Shown: positions 10,222 to 21,455, counted from the first letter of the stretch. The stretch: DNA of 64,000 nt from Sedimentisphaerales bacterium (GCA_963663965.2 CAXXFK010000030.1:96001-160000); one strand, 5' to 3'. Notes: a model not told the origin generated them from the sequence alone. Numbers and translations are program-made.

Positions 10222-11474
10222 TTACCCGGATATTTAAATTCGGTTTGGCGGGCAAACTGAGTCCGTTTGTGTTTCGGGCCGCACGGGATTTTTTGCCGGA
10301 CTATACCATGGATAATTATGGCATTTATTTACATATTCCATTTTGCAAACAACTATGCGCATTTTGTCCCTATTACAAGGTTGTGTATAATGAATCCCTG
10401 GCGGGTCAATTTGCCAAGGCGCTCGAAAAAGAGATTGTCATGGCCGCAAGCCGGCTTGGAGAAAATAAAAGAATAAGCAGTGTTTATCTGGGCGGCGGCA
10501 GCTCCGCCTTGTTGATTTCGGATCTGCCTTCGATTTTTGACCGGATCAGGGAACATTTTCATCTTTCAGGAGGGACCGGTATTGAGCTGCATCCCCGGGA
10601 TGTGAATCGGGATACCCTGACCTCTTTACAAAAGGCGGGCGTGACGATGCTGAGTTTGGGGGTCCAATCGTTTCGACGGCAGCAGTTGTCCTGCCTGGGG
10701 AGGCTGGATATCGATCCCCTGCAAGCTTTGAAGCTGGCCGCTCAATATGACTTTAGCGCTTTGGATGTCGATCTGATATTCGGGATACCCGGCCAGGGCA
10801 TCGATGACCTCGAATCGGATTTCAGTACGGCGGTCCGACACGGCGCCACACAAATATCGACCTATCCATTTATCGCGTTTTCGTATTCCGGCCAATCCCC
10901 CAGACCGGCCGGTCACCGTCTTAAGAAAAAGATGCTGGGCCGACTGATTGAGACCGCCGACCGGATGGGTTTTGAGAGGACCTCGGTCTGGACCTTCGGC
11001 AAGAAAAACCGACCGTGCTATTCTTCGATTACGCGCGAAAACTTTTTGGGGTTTGGGCCCAGTGCGACGTCATTAAGCATGGGTGATTTTAAAATCAACA
11101 CCTTTTCCGTCGAGGCCTATATCGAATCGGTTGAACAGGGCGTGCTGCCGTCGGCTTTGCGTTTAGAATTTGACCGGAAGACCCGCGCCATGTACTGGTT
11201 GTTTTGGAGCTGCTATAACGGCACGATATCCAGCGCCGACTATGAAAGAATGTTCCAACGCGATTTTGGAAAAGATTATGGCAGGTTTCTTTCCGTCGGC
11301 CGACTATTGGGATGTTTGAAACGGCATGAATCTCAATCGAAAGACTGGCTGATAACCCGTCGCGGGAGCCACTGGTTTCATCGCATTGAACAGGCGTATA
11401 CCCATCAATATATTGACAAGGCCTGGTGTCAGGCGCAATTGAGGCCCTGGCCCGAAAAGATCGAACTGAATTGA
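10218..11474 (+). CDS. HemN-like radical SAM protein
   Basis: YLHIPFCKQLCAFCPY, YLGGG, SLGVQSF, DLIFGIPGQ, GFGPSA; ATGA overlap with the upstream gene. Confidence 0.9.
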   Translation: MITRIFKFGLAGKLSPFVFRAARDFLPDYTMDNYGIYLHIPFCKQLCAFCPYYKVVYNESLAGQFAKALEKEIVMAASRLGENKRISSVYLGGGSSALLISDLPSIFDRIREHFHLSGGTGIELHPRDVNRDTLTSLQKAGVTMLSLGVQSFRRQQLSCLGRLDIDPLQALKLAAQYDFSALDVDLIFGIPGQGIDDLESDFSTAVRHGATQISTYPFIAFSYSGQSPRPAGHRLKKKMLGRLIETADRMGFERTSVWTFGKKNRPCYSSITRENFLGFGPSATSLSMGDFKINTFSVEAYIESVEQGVLPSALRLEFDRKTRAMYWLFWSCYNGTISSADYERMFQRDFGKDYGRFLSVGRLLGCLKRHESQSKDWLITRRGSHWFHRIEQAYTHQYIDKAWCQAQLRPWPEKIELN

Positions 11475-11572
11475 ATATGACAGGAGAGCTTGCGGGGAGG
11501 AAACTAATCCATTAAAAAGACAACTATAAGAAGAAAAACGACGGTTAATTGACCTGTTCGAAAGATTTATCG

Positions 11573-12022
11573 ATGAAACTCAAACTGCTACAAATCTTGC
11601 TGGTTTCTGCTGCCTTTGGCTGGGCAATCAGTATCTACGGCGTTTTTTGTTCGTGGGATTCGGCATTGGTTCAACTGAAAGGCTTAGGCGCTGATGCGAT
11701 TCCAGATGATCCCATGCTTGACTATTGGTTACGGATGGCAGCCGGGGCATTTACGGGGATTGGGGTGTTTTGTATGGTATTAGCAATCAATCCCAAGAAA
11801 TATTCAGCCGTTATTCCCTTTGCAGGTCTATTTCTCATTATTGAAGGCATCATCCTGCTGGTTCATGGGATTCGGTTAGGGCTTGAGCCGATCCCCTTCT
11901 ATTTTGATGTTACCTTTTGCCTGGCAACCGGGACAGGCATCTGGCTGTTGAGGCATGAAGCGGCGGCTTTGAAACAAGGAAAACAAGGTGACACTGCCGG
12001 GGATCGTGAGGCGTGTTTGTGA
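11573..12022 (+). CDS. Membrane protein (about 4 TM)
   Basis: Hydrophobic segments in the ORF translation. Confidence 0.7.
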   Translation: MKLKLLQILLVSAAFGWAISIYGVFCSWDSALVQLKGLGADAIPDDPMLDYWLRMAAGAFTGIGVFCMVLAINPKKYSAVIPFAGLFLIIEGIILLVHGIRLGLEPIPFYFDVTFCLATGTGIWLLRHEAAALKQGKQGDTAGDREACL

Positions 12023-12031
12023 TGGGGGCAG

Positions 12032-12268
12032 GAATAGAATGGCGGGGAAAGGACGAGCACGGACCTGAACGGACGGACACGGACAGGCACGAAAGGGGGG
12101 GCGAATAGCCTTGTGATTGAGGAAAAATAAGAAATTGATTGCACCACCGAGGGCACTGAGGACGCAGAGGAAAGGCAGGAGGCGATTAAGTGGGGATGCC
12201 AGGGTGTGGAGAATGAGATTCGATCAGAGATGATTGGGGGGGAATGGTCCGCGGATGGCGCGGATCTT
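12032..12268 (+). repeat. Composite spacer repeat, copy 3
   Basis: Direct repeat of 8869-9107. Confidence 0.85.
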
Positions 12269-12378
12269 CGACCTCTGGGCTTTAATGAAGCGATGAAAAT
12301 TTATATTGCTGTTTTGTCCTGCAGAGCTGACAGCAAACCGCATATACAAAAATACTTGAATAGGAAAGGCACAGACAA

Positions 12379-12900
12379 ATGATAAGCAGTGGCGATAAAA
12401 TCCGCTTTAAGCTCAAGCCCGGGGATATTATGACAGCCGAATATTTTATGATAAAAAACTGGCTCACCGGACGTGGGCGTATGATGGCAATGGGTTTTGG
12501 GTGCATTATTTTGATAACCTTAGTTTTGATGCCCTTATGGTTTGTTTTCACCCAAAAAGCGTCTATTCATGATGTCATACGCTGGGATAATCCATTGCTG
12601 TTCATTGTGCTATTTCCATTTATATTCATGATCTATCGATATATAGGGATTAAGCGGGATGACAAACGCTTGGAAGAAATAGTCGTTTCGCTGCAACTCG
12701 AAGGCCTCTGGCAACAGAGCAGCACCTTCAATGGAATCATCAAATGGGAACAGATAGCGGATATTCATGACTTCAGGGGGAATATCATCTTTCAAATCAA
12801 AGAGGGCGTACTTCTCTATATCCCCAAACATGCCTTTGACGATATTCAAGCTGCCGACAGCTTCAAAGCGGCCGCAATTGAATTGTGGCAAAAGAAATGA
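12379..12900 (+). CDS. YcxB-like membrane protein
   Basis: Two TM helices, then IKWEQI...LYIPKHAF. Confidence 0.7.
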   Translation: MISSGDKIRFKLKPGDIMTAEYFMIKNWLTGRGRMMAMGFGCIILITLVLMPLWFVFTQKASIHDVIRWDNPLLFIVLFPFIFMIYRYIGIKRDDKRLEEIVVSLQLEGLWQQSSTFNGIIKWEQIADIHDFRGNIIFQIKEGVLLYIPKHAFDDIQAADSFKAAAIELWQKK

Positions 12901-12915
12901 TCACAGGATAATGAC

Positions 12916-13425
12916 ATGAGCGACATTATTACATATACCCTCAGCAACCAGGATGTCCAAATCCTGATGAAGCATGCCTATCGTTATGGGATCGGACAGC
13001 AATTTCGATTTCTGATCACGATTGGACCTTTGATTATCATTACCATTATGGGATATTATCTCTATCGTTCAGAAAACTGGCGGGCGGATCTGCCTGCTAT
13101 TATTATTGCCATTTTGGTAGTTTCCGTCTTCTTCGGACTCATGTTTTTAAATTGGCGTCGCAATTTTATTAAATCCATATCTACCAAGGAGCCGCACAGT
13201 GTGCAGCTTTGTGACGATGGGATCTGTATCAATAACCACACTATTGATGGCAAGGTAAACTGGTCGGTCATATCAAAAGTTCAGTTGTTCGATAATCTTA
13301 TGCTATTCCTGACAGGTAATGATCTCCATACGGCCGTACTGCTGGCGCTTCCCCGTCATGCCTTTTCCAGTGATGAAGAGTTCGAAAACTTTTTCCAGCA
13401 GGCAAACAATCAATGTACGGCTTGA
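12916..13425 (+). CDS. YcxB-like membrane protein
   Basis: Two TM helices, then VNWSVI...LPRHAFSSDEEF. Confidence 0.7.
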   Translation: MSDIITYTLSNQDVQILMKHAYRYGIGQQFRFLITIGPLIIITIMGYYLYRSENWRADLPAIIIAILVVSVFFGLMFLNWRRNFIKSISTKEPHSVQLCDDGICINNHTIDGKVNWSVISKVQLFDNLMLFLTGNDLHTAVLLALPRHAFSSDEEFENFFQQANNQCTA

Positions 13426-13477
13426 ACTGAAAAAGTGACAATTACCATTAGAGTCGCTGTCTATTACGGAGCAGTCG

Positions 13478-14623
13478 ATGATGTCGAAAAACCAAACAAT
13501 AACATCCCACACAAACCTTATTCATAATATCATCGCTATCATTACGGTCGTATGTGCTATCTCCTGTAAGCCGCCGGGCCAGAGCGGGCCGGTGAAGAAG
13601 GATAAAACCTTTGACGGGCCGTCCACTGAGCTGGGGCAAACGGTGGTGGTGCCGAGTCTGGCGAGCGAACTGCCGGGTGGAAAAAATGTGGTGTGGTGTT
13701 CTTCTTTTCAACTGGCCTGGAACGGTTTGAAGGATGACATAATCAAGGAACCGGTTGAGTTGGCGGAGCATCGGGAATTGGCTGAGTTGTTGAACCGGCC
13801 CGGCCCATCGAAAAAGGATATTGGCCCGGACGATTATTACGCCAACGCCGGCCTGGTGGCCGACGGTATTATCGAGACTATCCAGAACGATATGCGGAAA
13901 AAGTTTCCCGAGGAGCCGGTTCCGGATTTTGGCGATATCGGTCCCGCGACGGCCGTGGTCTCGTATTCGTTTTTATCGGCTAATGTGCGCTTTAAGATGC
14001 CCTATTTTGAAAATGACCAGAAGCTGGTTTTTGTGGATAGCTCCGGCCGGGAAACGCCTGTTCGTTCCTTTGGGATTCGGGAAAAGGATGATTACGCTTA
14101 TTATAAATTGCGAGAGCAATTAGAGATCTTGTTCAGAGACTATGAACCGGATTTTAAACTCAAAGAGTGCGCGATTGACCTGTGTGCAAAATCGAGGCCT
14201 AACCAGATTGTTATTGCCATGGTGGAGCCCAGGGCGACCCTGGCCGATACGGTGGCGTACATTGATCAAAAAGCCGGTCCCAAAGCTGAACGAGGGTATA
14301 TGAGCCGTTTCGGTCCCAATGATGTCCTGCTGGTTCCCAATCTGTTCTGGAAAATTGTCCATGATTATGCCGAATTGGAAGGCAACCACCTGGAAAACGA
14401 CAAATTTAAGGGATACCCCATTGAAAAGGCCCGGCAGGTTATCCAGTTTCGCTTGGATCGCAGCGGGGCTGAATTGAAATCGGAATCGAAAATGTACTGC
14501 TTGCCGATGCCCACCTATTTTGTCTTTGACCGGCCGTTTCTGATCTATATGAAAAAGCGGGGGGCGGAGTATCCCTATTTTGTGATGTGGATCGATAATG
14601 CTGAATTGTTGGAACAATACTAA
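13478..14623 (+). CDS. Serpin-like protein, paralog B (putative lipoprotein)
   Basis: Lipobox-like CAISC; body paralogous to 6463-7581 from PVKKDKTFDGPS to the stop; DRPF motif. Confidence 0.6.
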   Translation: MMSKNQTITSHTNLIHNIIAIITVVCAISCKPPGQSGPVKKDKTFDGPSTELGQTVVVPSLASELPGGKNVVWCSSFQLAWNGLKDDIIKEPVELAEHRELAELLNRPGPSKKDIGPDDYYANAGLVADGIIETIQNDMRKKFPEEPVPDFGDIGPATAVVSYSFLSANVRFKMPYFENDQKLVFVDSSGRETPVRSFGIREKDDYAYYKLREQLEILFRDYEPDFKLKECAIDLCAKSRPNQIVIAMVEPRATLADTVAYIDQKAGPKAERGYMSRFGPNDVLLVPNLFWKIVHDYAELEGNHLENDKFKGYPIEKARQVIQFRLDRSGAELKSESKMYCLPMPTYFVFDRPFLIYMKKRGAEYPYFVMWIDNAELLEQY

Positions 14624-15295
14624 GAATCAATAGCTCACACAAAGTCACTAAGACACAAAGATAAACAGTCATTTAGACAGGATCACAGGATGAACAGGAT
14701 GGATCATGAAGAAGTGATGATGGTTAATGATGCGGTGATACCCCGGCAAGCTTTGATTGTCCGGCGCCACCCGGATCAGTTTGTCGAGGCTATCCGGCCG
14801 CATCCTAGCTATGTCCGGGTTACGGAACTGGAGTAAAGGCCTATTTTGAACCGCAGATCCTGATCAATCGGGACAGATGAACACAGATAAAGCAAAGGGA
14901 TAAGAGGAAAACGGGGAATTAACAGGTACGCTGAAGCGTGTGTTGCTCGAAGATAGATCAAGCAGAATTGCTTAACCTGCCTGACTAGCCCAAGTATTTC
15001 TGTCGTCCCTGCGGGACTTGTTCTGAGTGGGTTTGGTCTGAATCCCCCCAATGAATTGTGGGGCTACGCACTGACAGCCCGCCTGAGGAGGATCTTCGAC
15101 CCTGTCGGGCTTCAGGGGTATCCGCCGTACGGCAGATGGTATTATTCGTGATGCTCAACCTGCATTTGGGCAACAGGCCCTGAGGCGTGGACTCCGTACG
15201 GGGGGAGGGGCGAGCCGATATGACTATTGCGAAGCCGGGCGCTTCGGATTATAATAGCGGGATGATGTTTGTAACCTTGCTGAAAGGGCGCGATG

Positions 15296-15562
15296 ATGGA
15301 AATTGACTATGATAAAATTGATGAGATGGTGCTGGCGCTGTTGTATCTGACGAGTTTTCAGAAAAGAAAAGGGTTTCCATTGCAAGCCTGGAAGGGTATG
15401 GACTGGGAGGCCTTGAACCGGCTGCATGAGAAGGATTATATCTGTGATCCTGTCAATAAAAACAAGTCGATCACCTTCACTGAAGAAGGATTTGACCTCA
15501 GCGAAAAGTTATTTCAAAAACATTTTGGTATAAAAGAGAAAAAGGGCGGAAAGGAGAAATAG
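15296..15562 (+). CDS. DUF6429-like small protein
   Basis: IDEMVLALLYL...AWKGMDWEALNRLHEKDYI.DP.NKNKSITFTEEG pattern. Confidence 0.7.
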   Translation: MEIDYDKIDEMVLALLYLTSFQKRKGFPLQAWKGMDWEALNRLHEKDYICDPVNKNKSITFTEEGFDLSEKLFQKHFGIKEKKGGKEK

Positions 15563-15679
15563 GTTAGCGGATTTTTGCAGGAAAAAACAGGAGAAAGATT
15601 TCGCAGTTGGAGAAGAAAAAAAAGATATTAACAGGCACGCTAAAGCGTGGACTCCGTACGGGGGATCGATTGGGGGCTG

Positions 15680-15944
15680 GAGGGGGAATAAGAAAATGAT
15701 TTCACCACAGAGGGCACAGAGGACGCAGAGAAAAGGCAGGAGGAATTTAAGTGGAGATGACAGGATATGGAGATTGAGATTTGTTGTAAAAAGATTGGGG
15801 GGAAATGGTTCGCGGATGACGCGGATTCTGAATATTGCTGGAGGGATATGAATGAAGATGTGGAAGAAAAACTGTTTTGATCAGCCCCGAAGGATCGGGA
15901 CTTTGCTATACTCAGCATGGGCAAAACAAGTTTGCCCATCCTAC
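15680..15944 (+). repeat. Composite spacer repeat, copy 4
   Basis: Homologous to 8958-9231 and ends, like copy 2, in CATGGGCAAA..AAGTTTGC. Confidence 0.85.
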
Positions 15945-16049
15945 GGGACTTCGATCCTTCAGGATTCAGGAGCGCGAATGGAACTGGATTTGACCTTGTG
16001 AATTGGATGACTATGGAATTTTAGAATTATTAATAAACAGGTATCGACT

Positions 16050-16436
16050 ATGAATAAATATATTATATACTTGATAGTCATTTTATTTTCAATATGTGGG
16101 CATGGCTGTAAAAAAAAGACCAAGAACTATTGGTATTCAGTTTGTGTAAGTATTCAGTCAGAAGGAATAAATGATCTTGAGATAACGGGTGTAAATTGCG
16201 AATTTTATAATTGGGTAGGGCGTGGCCGCAGATTGGTTGGAAGCTATTTGGTTAGTGGTGCGCCGTATCATTATCCTATTCCAGAAAAAGTAGCGTTTAC
16301 ATGGAAAGACGATGAAGGCCAGGATCATCGTGTGGAGGTAGAAGTAAAAAACAAACTGCCGGACCCGTTTGAAGGTGATCTCATATTTACTATTTTAGAA
16401 AATGATCAGGTTAATGTCAGCTACAAGAAGAAATAA
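16050..16436 (+). CDS. Putative lipoprotein
   Basis: Signal peptide with GHGC lipobox-like motif followed by KKK. Confidence 0.65.
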   Translation: MNKYIIYLIVILFSICGHGCKKKTKNYWYSVCVSIQSEGINDLEITGVNCEFYNWVGRGRRLVGSYLVSGAPYHYPIPEKVAFTWKDDEGQDHRVEVEVKNKLPDPFEGDLIFTILENDQVNVSYKKK

Positions 16437-16537
16437 TTGACATGGGGCTTTGACAGGTTATAACTATTGTAAAATGATCAATCAACCGGTGGTAAAACCA
16501 ATTTTAAAAGACGATTAAAAAAAGGTATTGATATCCT

Positions 16538-17137
16538 GTGAAAATCGAATCCGTTACATCACACCGATCCCTGTTTCAACGCATTCTGGCATGTGTCGGA
16601 CTGACGGGGATCGCTGCTATTTTCTTGCCTATCGATCAGCATGATTTTGTGCTTTGGAAGATGATATGGTCACTTGATATTCCCTCTCTTTGTTTTTTTC
16701 AACCCTTATTGCTGACAATTCCTATAACAGGCGCCACTATTCGTTGGTTAAAAGCCGGTAAACTGACGCGCCTGGAACATGTGTTGAGTTATGTTATTGC
16801 AGCAGGCTCAGCCAGTCTGATGTTTTGGCCATTTCGAGATATTGGCTTGTTTACCTATTGGACGGCATGGATCTTTTTGGCTTGTATTATAGTGATATTG
16901 ATGATTGGTGGCGTTATCGTGGTATTTAATATTCGGTTTGGCGTTTATAAGTCCTGGAGTCCGATTATGGCTATGCAAACCGTATATCTGAATATGGCGA
17001 TTCCGGTTCTATGTTACGATTGGGGAAATTATCGGCTGGGGGAATATTGCATGTTACTGACAGCAGTCGCTTATATCGAACAAATGGTTTTTGCCTGTAT
17101 AACGAATACCTACGAAGGCTACAACAAATACAGGTAA
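16538..17137 (+). CDS. Multi-pass membrane protein
   Basis: Several hydrophobic segments; AAAGGT RBS. Confidence 0.65.
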   Translation: MKIESVTSHRSLFQRILACVGLTGIAAIFLPIDQHDFVLWKMIWSLDIPSLCFFQPLLLTIPITGATIRWLKAGKLTRLEHVLSYVIAAGSASLMFWPFRDIGLFTYWTAWIFLACIIVILMIGGVIVVFNIRFGVYKSWSPIMAMQTVYLNMAIPVLCYDWGNYRLGEYCMLLTAVAYIEQMVFACITNTYEGYNKYR

Positions 17138-17205
17138 TGTGCCTCGTTGCATTGGCAATATGAAACATTTAATCTCATTCATTACTACTTTTCAGGAGTG
17201 ATATC

Positions 17206-17424
17206 ATGACCAGGAAATGTCCATTGTGTGGTTCGGAAAATTTGGAGGCGGGAGGGATTCAGTCGACGGGTAAGGTTTATTTGAGGTTGAGTAAGACTAA
17301 GATCATGACTCTGAAGACCTCGGATGTGGAGCTGGAGGCCGGTCTCTGTATGGATTGCGGGTATGTGCTGTTGTTTGGCGATCTGGAGAAGGCCAGGGGA
17401 TTGATTAAGACCAAGGCGGAGTGA
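17206..17424 (+). CDS. Small zinc-ribbon protein
   Basis: CPLC...CMDCG; AGGAG RBS. Confidence 0.75.
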   Translation: MTRKCPLCGSENLEAGGIQSTGKVYLRLSKTKIMTLKTSDVELEAGLCMDCGYVLLFGDLEKARGLIKTKAE

Positions 17425-17551
17425 TTGGGGGGGATGGATATGTGAGTTGATACCCAGCGGGTATGGATAGAGACGCAAAGCATTGCGTCTCTACCTGCGG
17501 GTGGTTGCAATCGTTATTGGTAGAAAATAACTGTTATTATGGAGGCTGAGT

Positions 17552-17740
17552 GTGAAGTTGATAGCCGTTATTCTGGTGTGCGTGGGGGTGGCGATGGTGG
17601 TTTTGTCGTTGAAAGGGGTGGCCGTAGTCTATAATATGGAAGAGCCCACGGAGTTTGCGGTTCCGACGGCCCGGATTGGGACGGGGATTTTGATTGCTTC
17701 GATTGGGGCGGTGTTGTTTCGGATTCGGCGGCGGCGGTGA
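17552..17740 (+). CDS. Small 2-TM membrane protein
   Basis: GGAGG RBS, two hydrophobic stretches, basic tail. Confidence 0.5.
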   Translation: MKLIAVILVCVGVAMVVLSLKGVAVVYNMEEPTEFAVPTARIGTGILIASIGAVLFRIRRRR

Positions 17741-17831
17741 AGAAGTGGGCTGGATATTGACGGCTGGGGAATGCAGTGCATCTGGTATGATGGATATGAA
17801 AATAAAAACGAAAAAAATATTGGAGTTGATC

Positions 17832-19965
17832 ATGATGTGTACGCGCGTTTTATTCGTGATGGGATTGGTGTTGGGGCCGGTTGGTGGTTTGTGGGGCGGG
17901 GTTGCCTCGGTTGAGTGTCAAGAGGACCGAACGTTTGTGATACAAAACGACGCGCTGAGCCGGACGCTGGCGATTGGGGACGGGGGGCTGGGTACGATTG
18001 AGATTGTCAATAAGGAGGCGAGCCGGGTGATTCATCCGACGGAGTGCCGGGAGTTTGGTCTGCGGATTTCGCAGGGGACCGACCGGGAGGGGACCGATAT
18101 TGAGTTGACCGCGGCGGATTTCAAGTATGTCTCGCACCGGGTGTATGAGGTGGCCGGGCCGGACCGGGGACAGGGGTTGGCGGTTATGCTGGCCGATCTA
18201 ACGCATAAAATAAGCGTTGAGGCGCATTATGAGCTGGCGGATGGGGATTTTTATTTACGGAAGTATCTGGTGATCCGTTCGGAAAGGCTGGTTACGCTGG
18301 AACGGATCGATGTGGAATTGATCGGGATCGCGGATGGGTATCAGCCGTATCAGAAGCGGGAGATTTATGCCCAGGGGCCGGGTCAATGGCGGCCGGGACT
18401 GGGGCAGCCGCTGTTTACCAGGGAAAGCGCGACGTTCTGGGGTGTGGAGTTTCCGGCCGCGGATAATGGGATTAAGAGACGGGTGATGGCCTGTGGGTAT
18501 TTATGGGGGCGGCAGATCGAGGCGGACAGGCCCTACCAGACCTATCGGGCGGTGATGGGGGTTGGGGATGATCCGGCCTATATTACGGATGCGTTTCTGG
18601 AATATATTGATCGGATCCGGATCCGGCCCTTGCGGTTGCAGACCCAATATAACAGCTGGTTCGATACCGGGCGCGGGGTCAGCCGGGAATCGTTTGCCAA
18701 AAGTGTGGCGAAGATCCATCAGGAGCTGGTTGAGAAGCGGGGGGGGCTGCCGCTGAAGGCGTATGTGATCGATGATGGCTGGCAGGACAGCGGGACGCGG
18801 GCGAACTGGACGGATAAGGTGTGGAAGGTGAACGAGAAATTCGATCCGGATTTTGCCCGGAGCAGGCAAGCGGTGCAGAGCGCCGGGGCCAGTCTGGGGT
18901 TGTGGCTGAGTCCGGGCTGTAATTTCGGGGCGCGAAGTATGGTGCCGAAGTTGAAGGCGGCCGGTTTTGAGGCGCTGGATAACTGGATGTCGCTGGCGGG
19001 TGAGAAGTATATGCAGGCCCTGGAAGACCGGATGGTGGAACTGGCGCGGCAGGGTGTGACTTATTTCAAGCTGGATGGATTGTTCGGGCATTTGAATGTC
19101 CGGGATTTTGACTTACAGGGCGCCGCGCATGGGCTGCCCGGGATGCCGCAGTTGGATCTGGAAGGGTTCCGGTCGGATGATGCCCGGCTGAATCACGCGA
19201 AATATGATGAACTCAAGATTTACTATTTAACGGCGGGGACCGAGCGATTGATCCGGCTGTTTGACAAGGTGGCGGAGGCCCGGCCGGATATTTATATGGT
19301 GATTTCCAATGGGGCTTGGCTGAGTCCCTGGTGGCTGATGCATATCGATTCGGTCTGGATGATCAACGCGGGTGACGCCGCCGGCGGCAGCAGCCGGACC
19401 GAAGAGCTGGTTTATCGGGATGGGGTTTATTATGAGATCTGGTCGAGAGAGCATACGCAGTATCCGATGAATTCGATTTTTAATCATGAGCCGAAGAAGA
19501 CCCGTACCGGGGAAGCGGCGGATGTCTTCAGGAAATATCTGTATATGCATCTGTCGCGGGGGACCGGGTTTATCGAGTTTGTATATCAAGCCGTTTGTGC
19601 TGTCGGAGGGTGACTGGGGATATTCTGGCGGAGGGACTGGATTGGGGCGCATGAGTATTTTGCCCACCTTTAAGCGTTCGCGGATGCATGGGGGCGATCC
19701 CAGGAAGCAGGCGGTGTATGGGTTATACCGGGTGGGACGGAACGGCAGGGGTATATCAGTATTCATAATCCGGCTGAAAAAAGAACAGGATTATGCCTTG
19801 ACGCTGGAATCGCGGGTTTGGGACTGGTGGTTGGCAGTGGGGCCGTTTCGAGGTGAGTTCGCCGCTGGCCGATTCGCTGGAGGGGTTGGAAACCGGTTTA
19901 TCAATTTGGCGATACGCTGGCTGTGAAGCTAGGGCCGGGGGAGATCCGGATTTTTGAATTTTAAT
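17832..19965 (+). CDS. GH36-like glycoside hydrolase (alpha-galactosidase / alpha-N-acetylgalactosaminidase-like), 3' end frameshifted
   Basis: YNSWFD, IDDGWQD, LGLWLSP, YFKLDG motifs; coding continues in other frames after ~19580 (LYIKPFVLSEGDW, MHGGDP); 3' end approximate. Confidence 0.8.
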
Positions 19966-20190
19966 GCTGAAGGTGCAGGAGTGGACAGACCGTGAATAGA
20001 GTAAACGGCCGGTTTTTTACACAAAGCCACCAAGCCACAAATAAATCAGTCAAGTAGATGAAACCACGAATTCACTCGAATAAACCGCTGACAAAAAAGC
20101 GGATTGATTTGCTTAGTTTTGAGGTGGTAAATATATAAGGATGTTTTTGTTGTTAATGTATTACCGGTAGTTAAAAAGGTGAGGTTTGTG

Positions 20191-20555
20191 ATGTCGAACG
20201 CGTTGAATGTGATTTATCCTTATAAACATGATGGGATGTGGGGTTTTTTGACGATGCGCGGGTGGGGTTGGATAAGGAGCCTTTTGTGGAGGGCGCCGAT
20301 ACGATGATCGATCAGGTGGTGGCGTTCAAGGGGCTGACTAATCCGGAGAAGGGGTTTCCGGCTGATTTTTCAGTGCAGGCGAGTTTCCGCGCTATGATAT
20401 CAAGTTTGACTGGATTTCGGGCCGGGGACGGCGGGAACTGGTATTGGGTCGGATGAATTACTGATGGAAGGCTGGCTGTGTCCCGGCTCTGTTCAAGTAT
20501 TTTTGATAAGGCGCCGAAAACGATTTATGCCCGGTTTGAAGATAAATCGGAGTGA
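20191..20555 (+). pseudogene. DUF6717-like protein with several frameshifts
   Basis: MSNALNVIYPYKHDGMW / FDDARVGLDKEPFVEGAD / GGNWYW / MEGWLCP pieces lie in different frames. Confidence 0.6.
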
Positions 20556-20612
20556 CTGAAGTGTTGTTAAGGTTATTTTGAATATGATGTTGTAATTTGA
20601 TAGAGGTTTATT

Positions 20613-21393
20613 ATGAATACGAAGCGATGGCGGCTGGTGGCGATGGTGGTTTTTTTTTGGTTTTGTGCGGACAGGGCGGCTGGTATGTGATATCGGCGGA
20701 TGAGCCGGCGGGGGCGCCGGTGATTTTTATGATTGGGGATTCGACGATGGCGAATAAGCCGCTGTTTCCGGCGCAGCCGGAGCGGGGCTGGGGGCAGTTG
20801 CTGCCGCTGTATTTTAAGGATGAGGTTCGGATCAGGAACCTAGCGCTGAACGGGCGCAGCTCCAAGAGTTTTCGTGATGAAGGGCGCTGGAAGCCGGTAA
20901 TGGAAGGCCTGCGGCCGGGCGATTATGTGATTATTCAGTTTGGGCATAATGATCAGAAGTCGTACGATCCGAAGCGGTATACGGAGGCTTTTAGTTCGTT
21001 TAAAGAGAGCCTGGGGCGTTATGTCAGTGAGGCGCGCGCCAAAGGGGGGATTGCCGGTGCTGGCGACGCAGGTGGTGCGCCGGAAGTTTTCGGAAGAGGG
21101 GGAGCTGGTGGATACGCATGGCGATTACGCGGTGGCGGTGCGGCAGCTGGCGGCGGAGCTGGATGTGCCGCTGCTGGATATTGAGAAGTTGAGCGGCGAA
21201 CTGGTGCGGCAGCTGGGGCCGGAGCGCTCCAAGAAGCTGTATATGTGGGTGGAGCCGGGTGAGTTCGATGCGGTTAAGAGTGAGAAGAAAGATGAAACGC
21301 ACCTGAACGCGTTTGGGGCGTGCCGGATCTGTGATCTGGCGGCGCTGGAGATTCGGGCGAAGGTTGGGGGACCTGGGACGGTGGCTGCGGTGA
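20613..21393 (+). CDS. GDSL/SGNH rhamnogalacturonan acetylesterase-like (CE12), frameshifted
   Basis: IGDST, GWGQ, NGRSSKSF, IQFGHND, ETHLN; frame changes near 20655 (poly-T) and 21048 (poly-G). Confidence 0.8.
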
Positions 21394-21455
21394 TTTTGGC
21401 GCTGGCGGGAAATAAGATAATCACTGAAGTGAAAGGGCCTTTATAATGTGTGGAA

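Noticed and set aside
10218..11474. hemN/hemW gene symbol
   Set aside because: Family motifs only; accessory context, and the orthologous function cannot be established from the sequence
5000..17700. Classical integron cassette array
   Set aside because: No tyrosine integrase in the window and no convincing RYYYAAC...GTTRRRY attC sites after the stop codons
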